Assembly (NCBI GenBank): GCA_041496705.1
Contig: JBGQFD010000001.1
Span: 39,127-103,126, forward strand
From: Gammaproteobacteria bacterium
Lineage (GTDB): Bacteria > Pseudomonadota > Gammaproteobacteria > Burkholderiales > SG8-39
Length of the DNA: 64,000 nucleotides
Direction: 5' to 3'
Part shown: positions 55,771 through 64,000 of the stretch, piece after piece
Layout of the letters: each line of letters starts with the position of its first letter
How positions within the stretch are numbered: the first letter of the stretch is position 1
Program-made: the position numbers and the translations under genes
The notes under the pieces: model-generated
Databases searched by the model: none
What the model was told of the DNA's origin: nothing
The model's input: the letters and a program-made list of their open reading frames with translations, nothing else

Positions 55771-56158
55771 GCGGGAAGTACCCCAGGAGGGTAACTCCAC
55801 CCTGGCGGGCCATCGCAAGGCAGTCTACGCGGCCGACGCGGACGGCAGGCTGCGGCTGGTGCCTTCGCGCGGCTGGGAGGTCGAGGAGATCGTCACGCGC
55901 CAGGCGGTGGACGACCTGGCGCGGCGCGCGGCGGATGCGCAAGCCCGGGCGCTTTCCGGGGAGTCTTCCCCGCTCGAATGCCACATGTACCGTGCGCGCA
56001 TGGACCTCGGTCTGCTCTCGCAAACCACCGGCATCTGGCGCTGGCGCGTGCGGCGTCACTTCAGGCCGCGCGTGTTTGCGCGCCTGCCGCTCGCGCTGAA
56101 GGCGCGTTACGCCGAGGCGCTCGGGATCACGGTCGACGCGCTCGAGAAGGTGGACTAG
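55763..56158 (+). CDS. hypothetical protein
   Basis: 131 aa with an ATG overlapping the darB-like end by 8 nt. I recognise no family. Confidence 0.45.
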   Translation: MREREVPQEGNSTLAGHRKAVYAADADGRLRLVPSRGWEVEEIVTRQAVDDLARRAADAQARALSGESSPLECHMYRARMDLGLLSQTTGIWRWRVRRHFRPRVFARLPLALKARYAEALGITVDALEKVD

Positions 56159-56160
56159 AA

Positions 56161-57168
56161 ATGCCCGACGCCTTCGTGCACGCGCACGCCTCACACTGCG
56201 AGTCCGGCGTCATGTCGTCGCTCCTGCGCCATCACGGCCTGCCCCTGTCCGAGGCGATGGCCTTCGGCTTGTCCTCCGCCTTGGCCTTCGCCTACCTGCC
56301 GTGCATCCGCATCAACGGGCTGCCGCTCATATCCTTCCGCATGCCGCCGCGAGCCATCGTCAAGGGCCTCCAGCGCCGGCTAGGCCTCGCGATGCACTTC
56401 GAGACTTTCCGCTCGCCCGCGGACGGAACGGCGCGGCTCGACGCGCTGCTCGACTCGGGGAAGCTCGTCGGCCTGCAGGCTTCGGTGTTCTGGCTGCCGT
56501 ATTTTCCGCCCGACCTGCGCTTTCATTTCAACGCGCACAACCTGCTCGTCTACGGCCGCGAGGGCGATGAATACCTGGTCAGCGATCCGGTCGGGGAAAC
56601 GCCGGTCCGCTGTGCGCGCAAGGATCTCGAAAAAGCGCGTTTTGCGAAGGGGGCGCTCGCGCCGAAGGGGCTGCTCTACTACCTGACCGCGCCGCCGCCG
56701 GCGCCGGACTGGTCGCTCCTCGGGCGGCGTGCGCTCGCGCGCACCGCACACATCATGCTGCACGCCCCAGTGCCCCTCGTCGGCGTGCGCGGCATCGAGA
56801 TCCTCGCGCGCCGCGTCGGGCGGCTGCCCCTCGCCGACGGCGGCGAGCGAGCGCGCCTGTACATCGGCAACATCGTGCGCATGCAGGAGGAGATCGGCAC
56901 GGGCGGCGGCGGCTTCCGCTTCCTCTACGCTTCGTTCCTTCAGGAGCTCTCGTCGGTGACGCGCTACGCTGCGCTGGAAGCACTGGCCGGGCGCCTGGTG
57001 GAGATCGGGGACCGCTGGCGCGAGTTCGCGCTCTCCGCGGCGCGCATGATCCGCGGGCGCGACGCACTCGCTCCGCCCAGACTCGCCGCGCTCCTGCGCG
57101 CGCTCGCCGGAGAAGAGAGGCTTTTTTTCCGAGACCTGCTACGCACAACACGCGCATGGGCACGCTGA
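56161..57168 (+). CDS. BtrH N-terminal-domain / DUF4872-like protein (papain-like fold)
   Basis: 335 aa starting at an internal Met. N-terminal HCESGVMSSLLRHHG resembles the BtrH_N catalytic-Cys region. Assignment is from memory. Confidence 0.6.
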   Translation: MPDAFVHAHASHCESGVMSSLLRHHGLPLSEAMAFGLSSALAFAYLPCIRINGLPLISFRMPPRAIVKGLQRRLGLAMHFETFRSPADGTARLDALLDSGKLVGLQASVFWLPYFPPDLRFHFNAHNLLVYGREGDEYLVSDPVGETPVRCARKDLEKARFAKGALAPKGLLYYLTAPPPAPDWSLLGRRALARTAHIMLHAPVPLVGVRGIEILARRVGRLPLADGGERARLYIGNIVRMQEEIGTGGGGFRFLYASFLQELSSVTRYAALEALAGRLVEIGDRWREFALSAARMIRGRDALAPPRLAALLRALAGEERLFFRDLLRTTRAWAR

Positions 57169-58085
57169 GCCTCGAGGGCGTGTCGTTCCGCTACCCCGGC
57201 CGCGTCGAAGCCGTGCTGGATGAGGTCACTCTCGACATTCCCGCGGGCGGCATCTTCGGCCTGCTCGGGCCGAACGGCGCCGGCAAGACCACGCTGATTG
57301 CGGTGGTCACCGGGCAGTTGCGCGGGGCGAGCGGGCGTATCTTCCTCGGGGGCGAACCGTTCGAGCGCGTGCGCCGCGCGCGGCCGCGCTGCCTGGGGCT
57401 GGTGCCGCAGGAGTACGCGTTCTACCCGATGCTGACTTGCCGGGAGAATCTTCGCTTCTTCGGCGCGGTGCAGGGCCTTGCCGGCGACGAGCTGCGGCGT
57501 CGCATCGCCGCGGTCGCGGTGTTCGCGCGCATCGAAGCCGTGCTCGCTCGCCGCGCCGGGCAGCTCTCCGGCGGCCTGAAACGCCGCCTGAATCTCGCCA
57601 TCGGCCTGCTCGCCGAGCCGCAGCTGCTGCTGCTCGATGAGCCCACGGTGGGCGTGGACCCGCAATCGCGCGCCTTCCTGCTCGAATCGATCCGCTCGCT
57701 CGCCGCGGACGGCCGCACCATCGTCTACACCAGCCATTACATGGAGGAAGTGCAGGCGATCTGCGACCGCGTGGCGATCGTCGACCGCGGCCGGGTGCTC
57801 GTGACCGGCGCGCTGTCGGATCTGCTGCAGGACCGTTCCGGCCTGCTGACGCTGCGTCTGCGCTCGCCGCTGCCGCCGGCGCTCGCCGAGGCGTGGCGCA
57901 CGCGCCACGCGCTGCAGGACGACGGCGAGGCGCGCTATCGCCTGCGGCTGCGCGCGGCCGACGAAGTTGCCGCGATCCTCGCGTCGGCGCACAGCGCGGG
58001 TTGCGAGCCGCTGGCGATCGCCTACGGGCGGCGCGACCTCGAGCAGCTTTTCATGCAGCTGACCGACCGGTCTCTGCGGGACTAG
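57156..58085 (+). CDS. ABC transporter ATP-binding protein (ABC-2 exporter type)
   Basis: 309 aa with Walker A GPNGAGKTT, signature LSGGLKRR and Walker B LLLLDEP. Confidence 0.85.
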   Translation: MGTLSLEGVSFRYPGRVEAVLDEVTLDIPAGGIFGLLGPNGAGKTTLIAVVTGQLRGASGRIFLGGEPFERVRRARPRCLGLVPQEYAFYPMLTCRENLRFFGAVQGLAGDELRRRIAAVAVFARIEAVLARRAGQLSGGLKRRLNLAIGLLAEPQLLLLDEPTVGVDPQSRAFLLESIRSLAADGRTIVYTSHYMEEVQAICDRVAIVDRGRVLVTGALSDLLQDRSGLLTLRLRSPLPPALAEAWRTRHALQDDGEARYRLRLRAADEVAAILASAHSAGCEPLAIAYGRRDLEQLFMQLTDRSLRD

Positions 58086-58097
58086 GGACAGCCCCTG

Positions 58098-59294
58098 ATG
58101 CGCCGCGTGCTCGCCTTGTGGGAAAAGGAATGGCTCGTCCTGGCGCGCGACGTGCACGGCCTGGCAGTGCTGTTCCTCATGCCGGCGGTGTTCATCGTGG
58201 TGATGTCGCTCGCGCTGAGCGACGCTTTCAAGGAAGACGGCGCGCGCCAGGCTGAATTCGCCGTGCTCGCCGCTGACGATGCGCCGCTCGCCCAGCGCTT
58301 CGCGCAAAGCCTGTCGGGCGACGGGTTCCGCGCGGTGAGCGCCCCGGCGAACGAGGCCGAGGCGCGGCGAAGCGTGCGCAACGGCAAGCCGGCTCTGGTG
58401 CTGGTCCTCCCGCGCGAACTCGCCCGCGGCCTGGCGGCACCTCCGGGCGGCCCGGCCCCGGCGTTGACGCTGCTCGCCGATCCGGCGCTGCCGTCGCTGC
58501 AGCTCGCTGCCTTCCAGCAACGCGTGCGCGGCGCGGTGCTCGAGCTGGGCGTTTCGGTGCTCCTCGCGCGTGCCGGCGCGCCCGCCGGCACCGGCCTGCC
58601 CGAACTGAGGCGCGCCGCGGCGCTCTCCGTCGAGGTGCTCGGCCAATCCCGGGTGCAGCGTCCCTCCTCGGTGCAGCAGAACGTTCCCGCCTGGCTGATC
58701 TTCGGCATGTTCTTCGTGGTGCTGCCGATCGCATCGCTCTTCATCGTCGAACGGCGCGACGGGACGCTCGCGCGCCTGGTGGCGCAGCAGGTGCCGTTCC
58801 CGCTGCTGCTGCTCGGGAAACTCGCGCCGTTCTTCGTGGTGAATCTCGGGCAGACGGCGCTGATGCTGCTCGCCGGGCGCATGCTGGTCCCCTGGTTCGG
58901 TGGCGAAACCCTGGCCCTGCCGGCGCGCTGGGATCTGCTCGCGGCGGTGGCCGCCAGCACCAGCTTCGCGGCGATCGCCTGGGGACTGCTGGTGGCGGTG
59001 TGCGCGCGCACGCTCGAGCAGGCGACGGTGATCGGCGGCGTCGGCAACATCCTCGCCGCCGCGGTGGGCGGCATCATGGTGCCGCGCTTCGTCATGCCGC
59101 AGGCGATGCAGACGCTGGCGGATTATTCGCCGATGGCCTGGGCGCTGGAGGGCTTCCACGCGGTACTCCTGCGCGAGGGGACCACCGCCAGCATCGCCGC
59201 ACCCTGCGCGAAGCTGCTCGCCCTGGCGGCCGCGCTGCTCGCGCTCGCGCTTTTCGTGCATAGTCGCCGCCGCGTCCTGCATTCCGCCCAATGA
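58098..59294 (+). CDS. ABC-2 type transporter permease
   Basis: 398 aa with an N-terminal TM helix, a large loop and a C-terminal five-TM bundle, typical of ABC-2 permeases. Confidence 0.8.
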   Translation: MRRVLALWEKEWLVLARDVHGLAVLFLMPAVFIVVMSLALSDAFKEDGARQAEFAVLAADDAPLAQRFAQSLSGDGFRAVSAPANEAEARRSVRNGKPALVLVLPRELARGLAAPPGGPAPALTLLADPALPSLQLAAFQQRVRGAVLELGVSVLLARAGAPAGTGLPELRRAAALSVEVLGQSRVQRPSSVQQNVPAWLIFGMFFVVLPIASLFIVERRDGTLARLVAQQVPFPLLLLGKLAPFFVVNLGQTALMLLAGRMLVPWFGGETLALPARWDLLAAVAASTSFAAIAWGLLVAVCARTLEQATVIGGVGNILAAAVGGIMVPRFVMPQAMQTLADYSPMAWALEGFHAVLLREGTTASIAAPCAKLLALAAALLALALFVHSRRRVLHSAQ

Positions 59295-59557
59295 GCCCGC
59301 GCGAATCGCTGGTGGCCGAGCTGACGGCGCTGGTACTCGAAGCGACGGAAAAATCCCTCGACGGCGCGCCGCTCGCCGCCGACGAGCCGATCTTCGGACC
59401 CGATTCGCGTCTCAAACTCGATTCCCTGGATGCCCTGCAGGTGTCCATGGCGCTCTTGAAGCGCTACGGCGTCCGACTCACCGACAGCAAGGAAACGCGG
59501 CGAATTCTTTCCTGTGTCGGCAACCTCGCCGACGCCCTGCTGCAGCGGCGCGCATGA
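59291..59557 (+). CDS. acyl carrier protein
   Basis: 88 aa with phosphopantetheine-attachment motif LKLDSLDALQV. Overlaps both neighbours by 4 nt. Confidence 0.75.
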   Translation: MSPRESLVAELTALVLEATEKSLDGAPLAADEPIFGPDSRLKLDSLDALQVSMALLKRYGVRLTDSKETRRILSCVGNLADALLQRRA

Positions 59558-60642
59558 TGCCCGTGTTCGTACGCGCGGCGGCGCTCGCATGCTCGCTCGG
59601 GCCGGACCTCGCGACCGCGGTGCAGCGCCTGTCGGGGAAGCCCCTCGCGCCGGATCGCGCTGCCGCGGCGGGCGCGGACTGGCCGTATTTTCCGATTCCC
59701 GTCGTCGCCGGAGACTGGACGCAGCGCGCCGGGGCCATCTCGCGCGCGGTCGCCGCCGACCTGCGGGGCCGCGCCGCGCTCAAGCCCGGGGACTGGGAGG
59801 CGCTGCCCTGCTTCGTCGGATCATCTTCGCTTTCGGCCGGCGCATGGGACGCGGGAGGCCGGGAGGCCTTGCGGCCGCCGCTGGAATTCTCCGCATCGCT
59901 CGCCACATGGTTCGGCGCGCGCGGCCCGGTGATCTCCGTCAACACCGCCTGCACTTCGGGACTTTCGGCATTCGACATCGCGGCGAATCTCGTCGCCGCG
60001 GGTGAGTGTGGCGACGCGCTGGTGCTTGGCGTGGAGTTCGCGAACCGAATGACGCTTTCCGGATTCGCCGGCATGGAGCTACTGTCGCGCACCGCTGCCC
60101 GCCCCTGCGACCGCGACCGCGACGGCTTGGTGCTCGGCGAGGCGCTGGGCGCCGTGCTCGTCTCCGCAACGCCAGGACCATGGCGCGTCGCCGCGCTCGC
60201 CTCGCAAATCGACGCGGCGAACGTCACCGGTCCGCCGCCCGGCGGCGAAGCGGCGGAAGCGACGATGCGCAGCGCCCTCGACGCCGCTGGCTGGCGAAGC
60301 GGCGCCGTCGACCTGGTCAAACTGCAGGCGGGCGGCGGGCCGATCGCCGATCTCGCCGAGGCGCGGGCGCTGCGGCGGGTGTTCGCGGCGCCGCCCGCGG
60401 TGGTTTCTCTCAAGGGCGCGCTCGGCCACACGCTGGGCGCGAGCGGCCCCGTAGAGCTCGCGCTGCTCCTCGAATGCCTCGCACAAGGGCGCGTGCCCGC
60501 GACCTGGGGATTCGAGACGCCCGACGAAGAGGTCGGCCTGGAGCCGGCGGGCGGCGACGCCGGCGGGGTGAAGCGCGTATTGTTCAACCTCTCCGGATTC
60601 GGCGGCAACGTCATGAGCCTGGCGCTCGAAAGGACCGGCTAG
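59554..60642 (+). CDS. beta-ketoacyl-ACP synthase (KAS I/II family)
   Basis: 362 aa with VNTACTSGLSA (active-site Cys) and LKGALGHTLGASG (second His). The first catalytic His position reads Q (KLQAGGGPIADLAE). Confidence 0.8.
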   Translation: MMPVFVRAAALACSLGPDLATAVQRLSGKPLAPDRAAAAGADWPYFPIPVVAGDWTQRAGAISRAVAADLRGRAALKPGDWEALPCFVGSSSLSAGAWDAGGREALRPPLEFSASLATWFGARGPVISVNTACTSGLSAFDIAANLVAAGECGDALVLGVEFANRMTLSGFAGMELLSRTAARPCDRDRDGLVLGEALGAVLVSATPGPWRVAALASQIDAANVTGPPPGGEAAEATMRSALDAAGWRSGAVDLVKLQAGGGPIADLAEARALRRVFAAPPAVVSLKGALGHTLGASGPVELALLLECLAQGRVPATWGFETPDEEVGLEPAGGDAGGVKRVLFNLSGFGGNVMSLALERTG

Positions 60643-61290
60643 GTGCAGCTGCTCGCGCCCACCACGCTGAGGATCGCTCCCGCAGAATTGCCGCCGCGGG
60701 TCCGCGCGCGCTTCGCCACCGAGCTGCGTCGCGCCGGGAGCTTCGCGCAGATCGGCATGCTCGGCGCGCAAGCGTGCCTCGACGCCGCCGGCGGCGAAGG
60801 GCGCCTGGGCGTGCTGTGGTCCTCGCGCCTCGGCGCGATGGGCGCCTTCCGCGCGGCGTTCGACGACGACCTGCGCCACGGCGCGCCGGTGATGCCTTTC
60901 ACCTTCATCGGCATGCAGCCCCACCTTGCGGCGGCGCTGCTCGCGCAGCGGCAAACGGTCGCGCGCAGCGCCCACCTGCATCTCGTCGCCGAGGCCTGGC
61001 CGTGGCTGCTGCGCGTCGCGCAGGGCTGGCTCGCCAGCTGCGAGCGGGTGCTGGTCGGCTGCGTCGAGGAGTCCGGCGGCGACGACGCCGCGCACCGCAG
61101 CGACTGGTGCCTGGTGCAGAATGCAGCCGCAGCCGGGTCGGTCCGCGCCGAACCCGCGCGCGACCCCATGGCGACCCGCGCAACGACCGCAGACTGGATC
61201 GGCCGGATCGGCGACTGGCGCGCCGGCGCGCGTACGCCCCTCGTCCTCGCCGGAGACGGCGAGGCGTGGAGCTTCGGAGTTCCGGACTGA
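60643..61290 (+). CDS. truncated ketosynthase-like / chain-length-factor-like protein
   Basis: 215 aa with a GTG start directly after the KS stop. Weak KS N-terminal-like region (SFAQIGMLGAQACLDAAG). No active-site Cys motif. Confidence 0.5.
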   Translation: MQLLAPTTLRIAPAELPPRVRARFATELRRAGSFAQIGMLGAQACLDAAGGEGRLGVLWSSRLGAMGAFRAAFDDDLRHGAPVMPFTFIGMQPHLAAALLAQRQTVARSAHLHLVAEAWPWLLRVAQGWLASCERVLVGCVEESGGDDAAHRSDWCLVQNAAAAGSVRAEPARDPMATRATTADWIGRIGDWRAGARTPLVLAGDGEAWSFGVPD

Positions 61291-61294
61291 TCCC

Positions 61295-61786
61295 ATGGCC
61301 GCGGTGAACGCCTTCGTCGGGCTGGGCGCCAACCTCGGCGAGCCGCGGGCGCAGCTGCGCGCCGCCGCGGTGGCGCTCGCGGAAATTCCGCGCACGCGGC
61401 TGATGGCGCTCTCGCCGCTGTACCGCAGCGCGCCGCTCGGCGTCACGGCGCAACCCGATTTCGTCAACGCCGTCGCCGCAATCGAGACCGGGCTCGCCCC
61501 CTGGGCCCTGCTCGAGGCGCTGCTCGCGCTCGAAGCCCGCTTCGGCCGCACCCGGGAAACCCCAGGCGAGGCCCGGAGCCTGGACCTCGACCTGCTGCTC
61601 TTCGCGGACCGCATCATCGACGAGCCTGGACTCATCGTCCCCCATCCGCGCATGCACCAGCGCGCCTTCGTGCTCGCGCCGCTCGCGCAGCTTGCGCCGG
61701 ACCTGGTGATCCCGGGCCGGGGCCCGGTTGCCGCGCTGCTCGCCGCGTGCAAGGATCAGACCATAGAACGACTAGGCGCAGTATGA
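61295..61786 (+). CDS. folK: 2-amino-4-hydroxy-6-hydroxymethyldihydropteridine diphosphokinase
   Basis: 163 aa starting at an internal Met, with VGLGANLG, SPLYRSAPLG, RSLDLDLL and IVPHPRMHQRAFVLAPL. Confidence 0.92.
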   Translation: MAAVNAFVGLGANLGEPRAQLRAAAVALAEIPRTRLMALSPLYRSAPLGVTAQPDFVNAVAAIETGLAPWALLEALLALEARFGRTRETPGEARSLDLDLLLFADRIIDEPGLIVPHPRMHQRAFVLAPLAQLAPDLVIPGRGPVAALLAACKDQTIERLGAV

Positions 61787-62787
61787 AATCTCCCCTCATG
61801 GCCCACGCCGTGCTGCTGCTCGCTCTGCTGCTTTCGTCCGTCCACGGGCTCGCCGCGGACGCGACCATGCTGCCACCGTGGTTCACCGAGACATTCCTCG
61901 ACATCCGCGAGGACGTCGCGGACGCCGCCAAGGACGGGAAACGGCTGATGCTCTTCTTCGAGCAGGACGGCTGTCCCTACTGCAAGCAACTGCTGCAGGT
62001 GAACTTCAGCCAGAAAGCCATCGCCGACAAGGCCCGCAGCCGCCTGACCAGCGTCGTGCTCAACATCTGGGGCGACCGCGAAGTCACCTGGACCGACGGC
62101 AGGAAATTCAGCGAGAAGCAGTTCGCCACATTTCTCAAGATACAGTTCACGCCGACCCTCGTCTTCTTCGACGAGCAGGGCAAGGTGGTCGCCCGCATCA
62201 ACGGCTACTACCCGCCGCACCGCTTCGAGGCGGTGCTCGACTGGGTCGCCGGCCGCATGGAAAACCGCATCGCGCTCGCCGAGCACCTGCGCAGCGCGGT
62301 GCGCGAGCCCGCGGGCGAGCAGCTGCACGACGAGCCCTTCTTCCTCAAGCCGCCGTACGATCTGCGGCGCGTCTCGAAGAAGCCGCTCGCGGTGCTGTTC
62401 GAGACGCCCTCGTGCGCAGCGTGCGACGAGCTGCACCGCGAGGCCTTGCGCCGCCCCGAGATCGCGGAGTCGCTGAAGCACTTCGACGTCGTGCGGTTCG
62501 GGCTCGGCGATCGCACGCCCGTGGTCACGCCGGGAGGCCAGCGGCTCGCGGCGGAGGACTGGGCGCGCTCGCTCGGCATCGCGTACACGCCCTCGGTGGT
62601 GTTCTTCGGCACCGACGGCACCGAGGCGCTCCGCATCGAAGCCTACCTGCGACCCTTCCACCTGTGGGGTTCACTCGAGTACGTCGCCAGCCGCGCCTAC
62701 CTGCGCGAGCCGAGCTTCCAGCGCTACCTGCAGGCGCGCGCCGAGCGCCTGCGCGAAGGAGGCCACGCCGTCGACCTGTGGCGCTAG
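61783..62787 (+). CDS. secreted tandem thioredoxin-fold protein
   Basis: 334 aa starting at Met13 of ORF 61747..62787 (ATGA overlap with the folK stop). Signal peptide and two CxxC motifs (GCPYCKQL, PSCAACDEL). Confidence 0.7.
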   Translation: MKSPLMAHAVLLLALLLSSVHGLAADATMLPPWFTETFLDIREDVADAAKDGKRLMLFFEQDGCPYCKQLLQVNFSQKAIADKARSRLTSVVLNIWGDREVTWTDGRKFSEKQFATFLKIQFTPTLVFFDEQGKVVARINGYYPPHRFEAVLDWVAGRMENRIALAEHLRSAVREPAGEQLHDEPFFLKPPYDLRRVSKKPLAVLFETPSCAACDELHREALRRPEIAESLKHFDVVRFGLGDRTPVVTPGGQRLAAEDWARSLGIAYTPSVVFFGTDGTEALRIEAYLRPFHLWGSLEYVASRAYLREPSFQRYLQARAERLREGGHAVDLWR

Positions 62788-62830
62788 GGAAAGTCTGTAT
62801 GATGGCGCCGTCGCGCGCCCGGCCCGTCTC

Positions 62831-63472
62831 GTGCTGCCCTCGAAATACCACTATGTCGTCATCGAAGGACCGATCGGGGTCGGCAAGACCACGCTCGCGA
62901 AGCGCCTCGCCGAGCGCGTGCAGGCGAGCCTGGTGCTCGAGCACCCCGAGCAGAATCCCTTCCTTGCGCGCTTCTACCAGGACATGGCGAGGTTCGCGCT
63001 GCCGACGCAGCTGTTCTTTCTCTTCCAGCGGATTGCGCAGTTGCGCGAGCTCGCGCAGATGGATCTGTTCAACCGGCTCACCGTCAGCGATTTCCTTCTC
63101 GAGAAAGATCCGCTCTTCGCGCGCCTGACGCTGTCCGGGGACGAGCTCGCCCTCTACCAGAAGATTTTCGACGCGCTCAAGCCCCAGGCCCCGCGGCCCG
63201 ACCTGGTGATCTACCTGCAGGCGGACCCGGCGATCCTGTACGAGCGCGTGCGCCGCCGCAGCGTAGAATTCGAGCGCCCGATCACCTCCGAGTATCTGGC
63301 CCTGCTCGCGGACAGCTACAATCGGTTTTTCTATCACTTCGGCGGGACGCCCGTGCTCATCGTGAATTCGGAGAGGCTCAACTTCGTCAGGCAGGATAGC
63401 GACCTCGATCTGCTCCTTGAGCGCATCGCCGCCATGCGCGGCAATCGCGAGTTCTTCAACTGGGGAGACTAG
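62831..63472 (+). CDS. deoxynucleoside kinase
   Basis: 213 aa with P-loop [11 protein letters not shown], and ERS/DRF-type and LID-region similarity to the dNK family. Confidence 0.85.
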   Translation: MLPSKYHYVVIEGPIGVGKTTLAKRLAERVQASLVLEHPEQNPFLARFYQDMARFALPTQLFFLFQRIAQLRELAQMDLFNRLTVSDFLLEKDPLFARLTLSGDELALYQKIFDALKPQAPRPDLVIYLQADPAILYERVRRRSVEFERPITSEYLALLADSYNRFFYHFGGTPVLIVNSERLNFVRQDSDLDLLLERIAAMRGNREFFNWGD

Positions 63473-63473
63473 C

Positions 63474-64000
63474 GTGACCCGACTGACCATCAAGGCCTTG
63501 CAGAAGCTGCGCGAGGACGGCGAGAGAATCGCCATGCTCACCTGCTACGACGCGAGCTTCGCGGCGATGCTCGACGCGGCGGGACTGGACAGCCTGCTCG
63601 TCGGAGACTCGCTGGGCATGGTGCTGCAAGGGCACGACACCACGCTGCCGGTGACGCTCGCCGACATGGCCTACCACACGCACTGCGTCGCGCGCGGCAG
63701 CAAGCGCGCCTTCCTGATCACCGACATGCCTTTCGGCACCTACCAGGAATCGCCGCAACAGGCATTCCGCAGCTCGGCCGCGCTCATGGCCGCGGGAGCG
63801 CAGATGGTCAAGCTCGAGGGCGGCGCAGAGCTCGCCGAAACCGTGCGCTTTCTCATCCAGCGCGGCGTCCCCGTCTGCGGGCACCTTGGCCTCACGCCGC
63901 AATCGGTGCACCAGTTCGGCGGCTATCGCGTGCAGGGCAAGGGCGAGGATGCGGAACAGAAACTGATAGCGGACGCCGTCGAACTCGAGACGGCCGGCGC
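63474..64000 (+). CDS. panB: 3-methyl-2-oxobutanoate hydroxymethyltransferase (5' partial, runs off the window)
   Basis: Read directly from the sequence; it is absent from the track because there is no stop in the window. GTG start. Motifs [34 protein letters not shown] and GHLGLTPQS. Confidence 0.9.
   Translation, partial: MTRLTIKALQKLREDGERIAMLTCYDASFAAMLDAAGLDSLLVGDSLGMVLQGHDTTLPVTLADMAYHTHCVARGSKRAFLITDMPFGTYQESPQQAFRSSAALMAAGAQMVKLEGGAELAETVRFLIQRGVPVCGHLGLTPQSVHQFGGYRVQGKGEDAEQKLIADAVELETAG

Noticed and set aside
56964-59291. 775-aa minus-strand ORF opposite the ABC transporter genes. Similar long shadow ORFs occur at 43071..45902, 60079..61752, 49833..51302, 36122..37549 and 40683..41744.
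   Set aside because: All are antisense or out of frame relative to genes with clear family motifs, are extremely Arg/Ala/Pro/Gly-rich, and show no domain signatures. They are artefacts of stop-codon scarcity in high-GC DNA.
1-64000. Search for tRNA, rRNA, CRISPR, IS elements, integrases or flanking direct repeats around the three interrupted housekeeping pairs
   Set aside because: None was found by reading. The accessory modules therefore cannot be called mobile elements or genomic islands on this evidence, and I describe them only as synteny interruptions.

Overview
High-GC (about 65% by eye), densely coding chromosomal segment. Gene content and synteny look beta-proteobacterial, but that is inference only. 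I call about 65 protein-coding genes. I found no rRNA, tRNA, CRISPR array, transposase or integrase. The backbone is housekeeping: xseB-ispA-dxs, folE2, thyA, folA, apbC, metG, dnaE, purM, hda, pcnB, folK, a deoxynucleoside kinase and panB (truncated at the window end). Three gene pairs that are classical neighbours elsewhere are each split by an accessory module. (1) thyA/folA are split by a QseE-QseG-QseF-like (GlrK/GlrR-like) two-component system. Next to it are a near-consensus sigma-54 promoter, TGTC-N10-GACA sites, and a 4-gene envelope operon that includes a PA2779/PA2778 (C39-like peptidase) pair. (2) apbC/metG are split by a cyclase-homology/PEGA-like protein, a lipoprotein and a tail-anchored Ser/Thr kinase. 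(3) pcnB/folK are split by a 7.6-kb nine-gene dialkylresorcinol-type (darA/darB plus BtrH-like, ABC-2 exporter, ACP and ketosynthase pair) cluster. The most interesting locus is a hyfBCEFGI-like membrane complex starting 2 nt after the metG stop codon. Its large subunit has lost all four [NiFe] cysteine ligands, and no ferredoxin-like, formate dehydrogenase or maturation genes accompany it. That is an Ehr-type (energy-converting-hydrogenase-related) complex of unknown function. Other points worth a second look: a compositionally foreign segment inside metG; a near-consensus sigma-70 promoter plus a Shine-Dalgarno-equipped 21-codon uORF ahead of a fold-III ornithine/lysine decarboxylase; a small periplasmic protein with a mirror-symmetric six-cysteine pattern; a Ser/Thr kinase fused to an FGE-sulfatase domain; and a 7-TM patatin-like phospholipase placed divergently to a tail-anchored coiled-coil protein that carries a recent 162-bp tandem duplication. 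All functional calls come from motif recognition by eye and remembered family knowledge. No database search was run.
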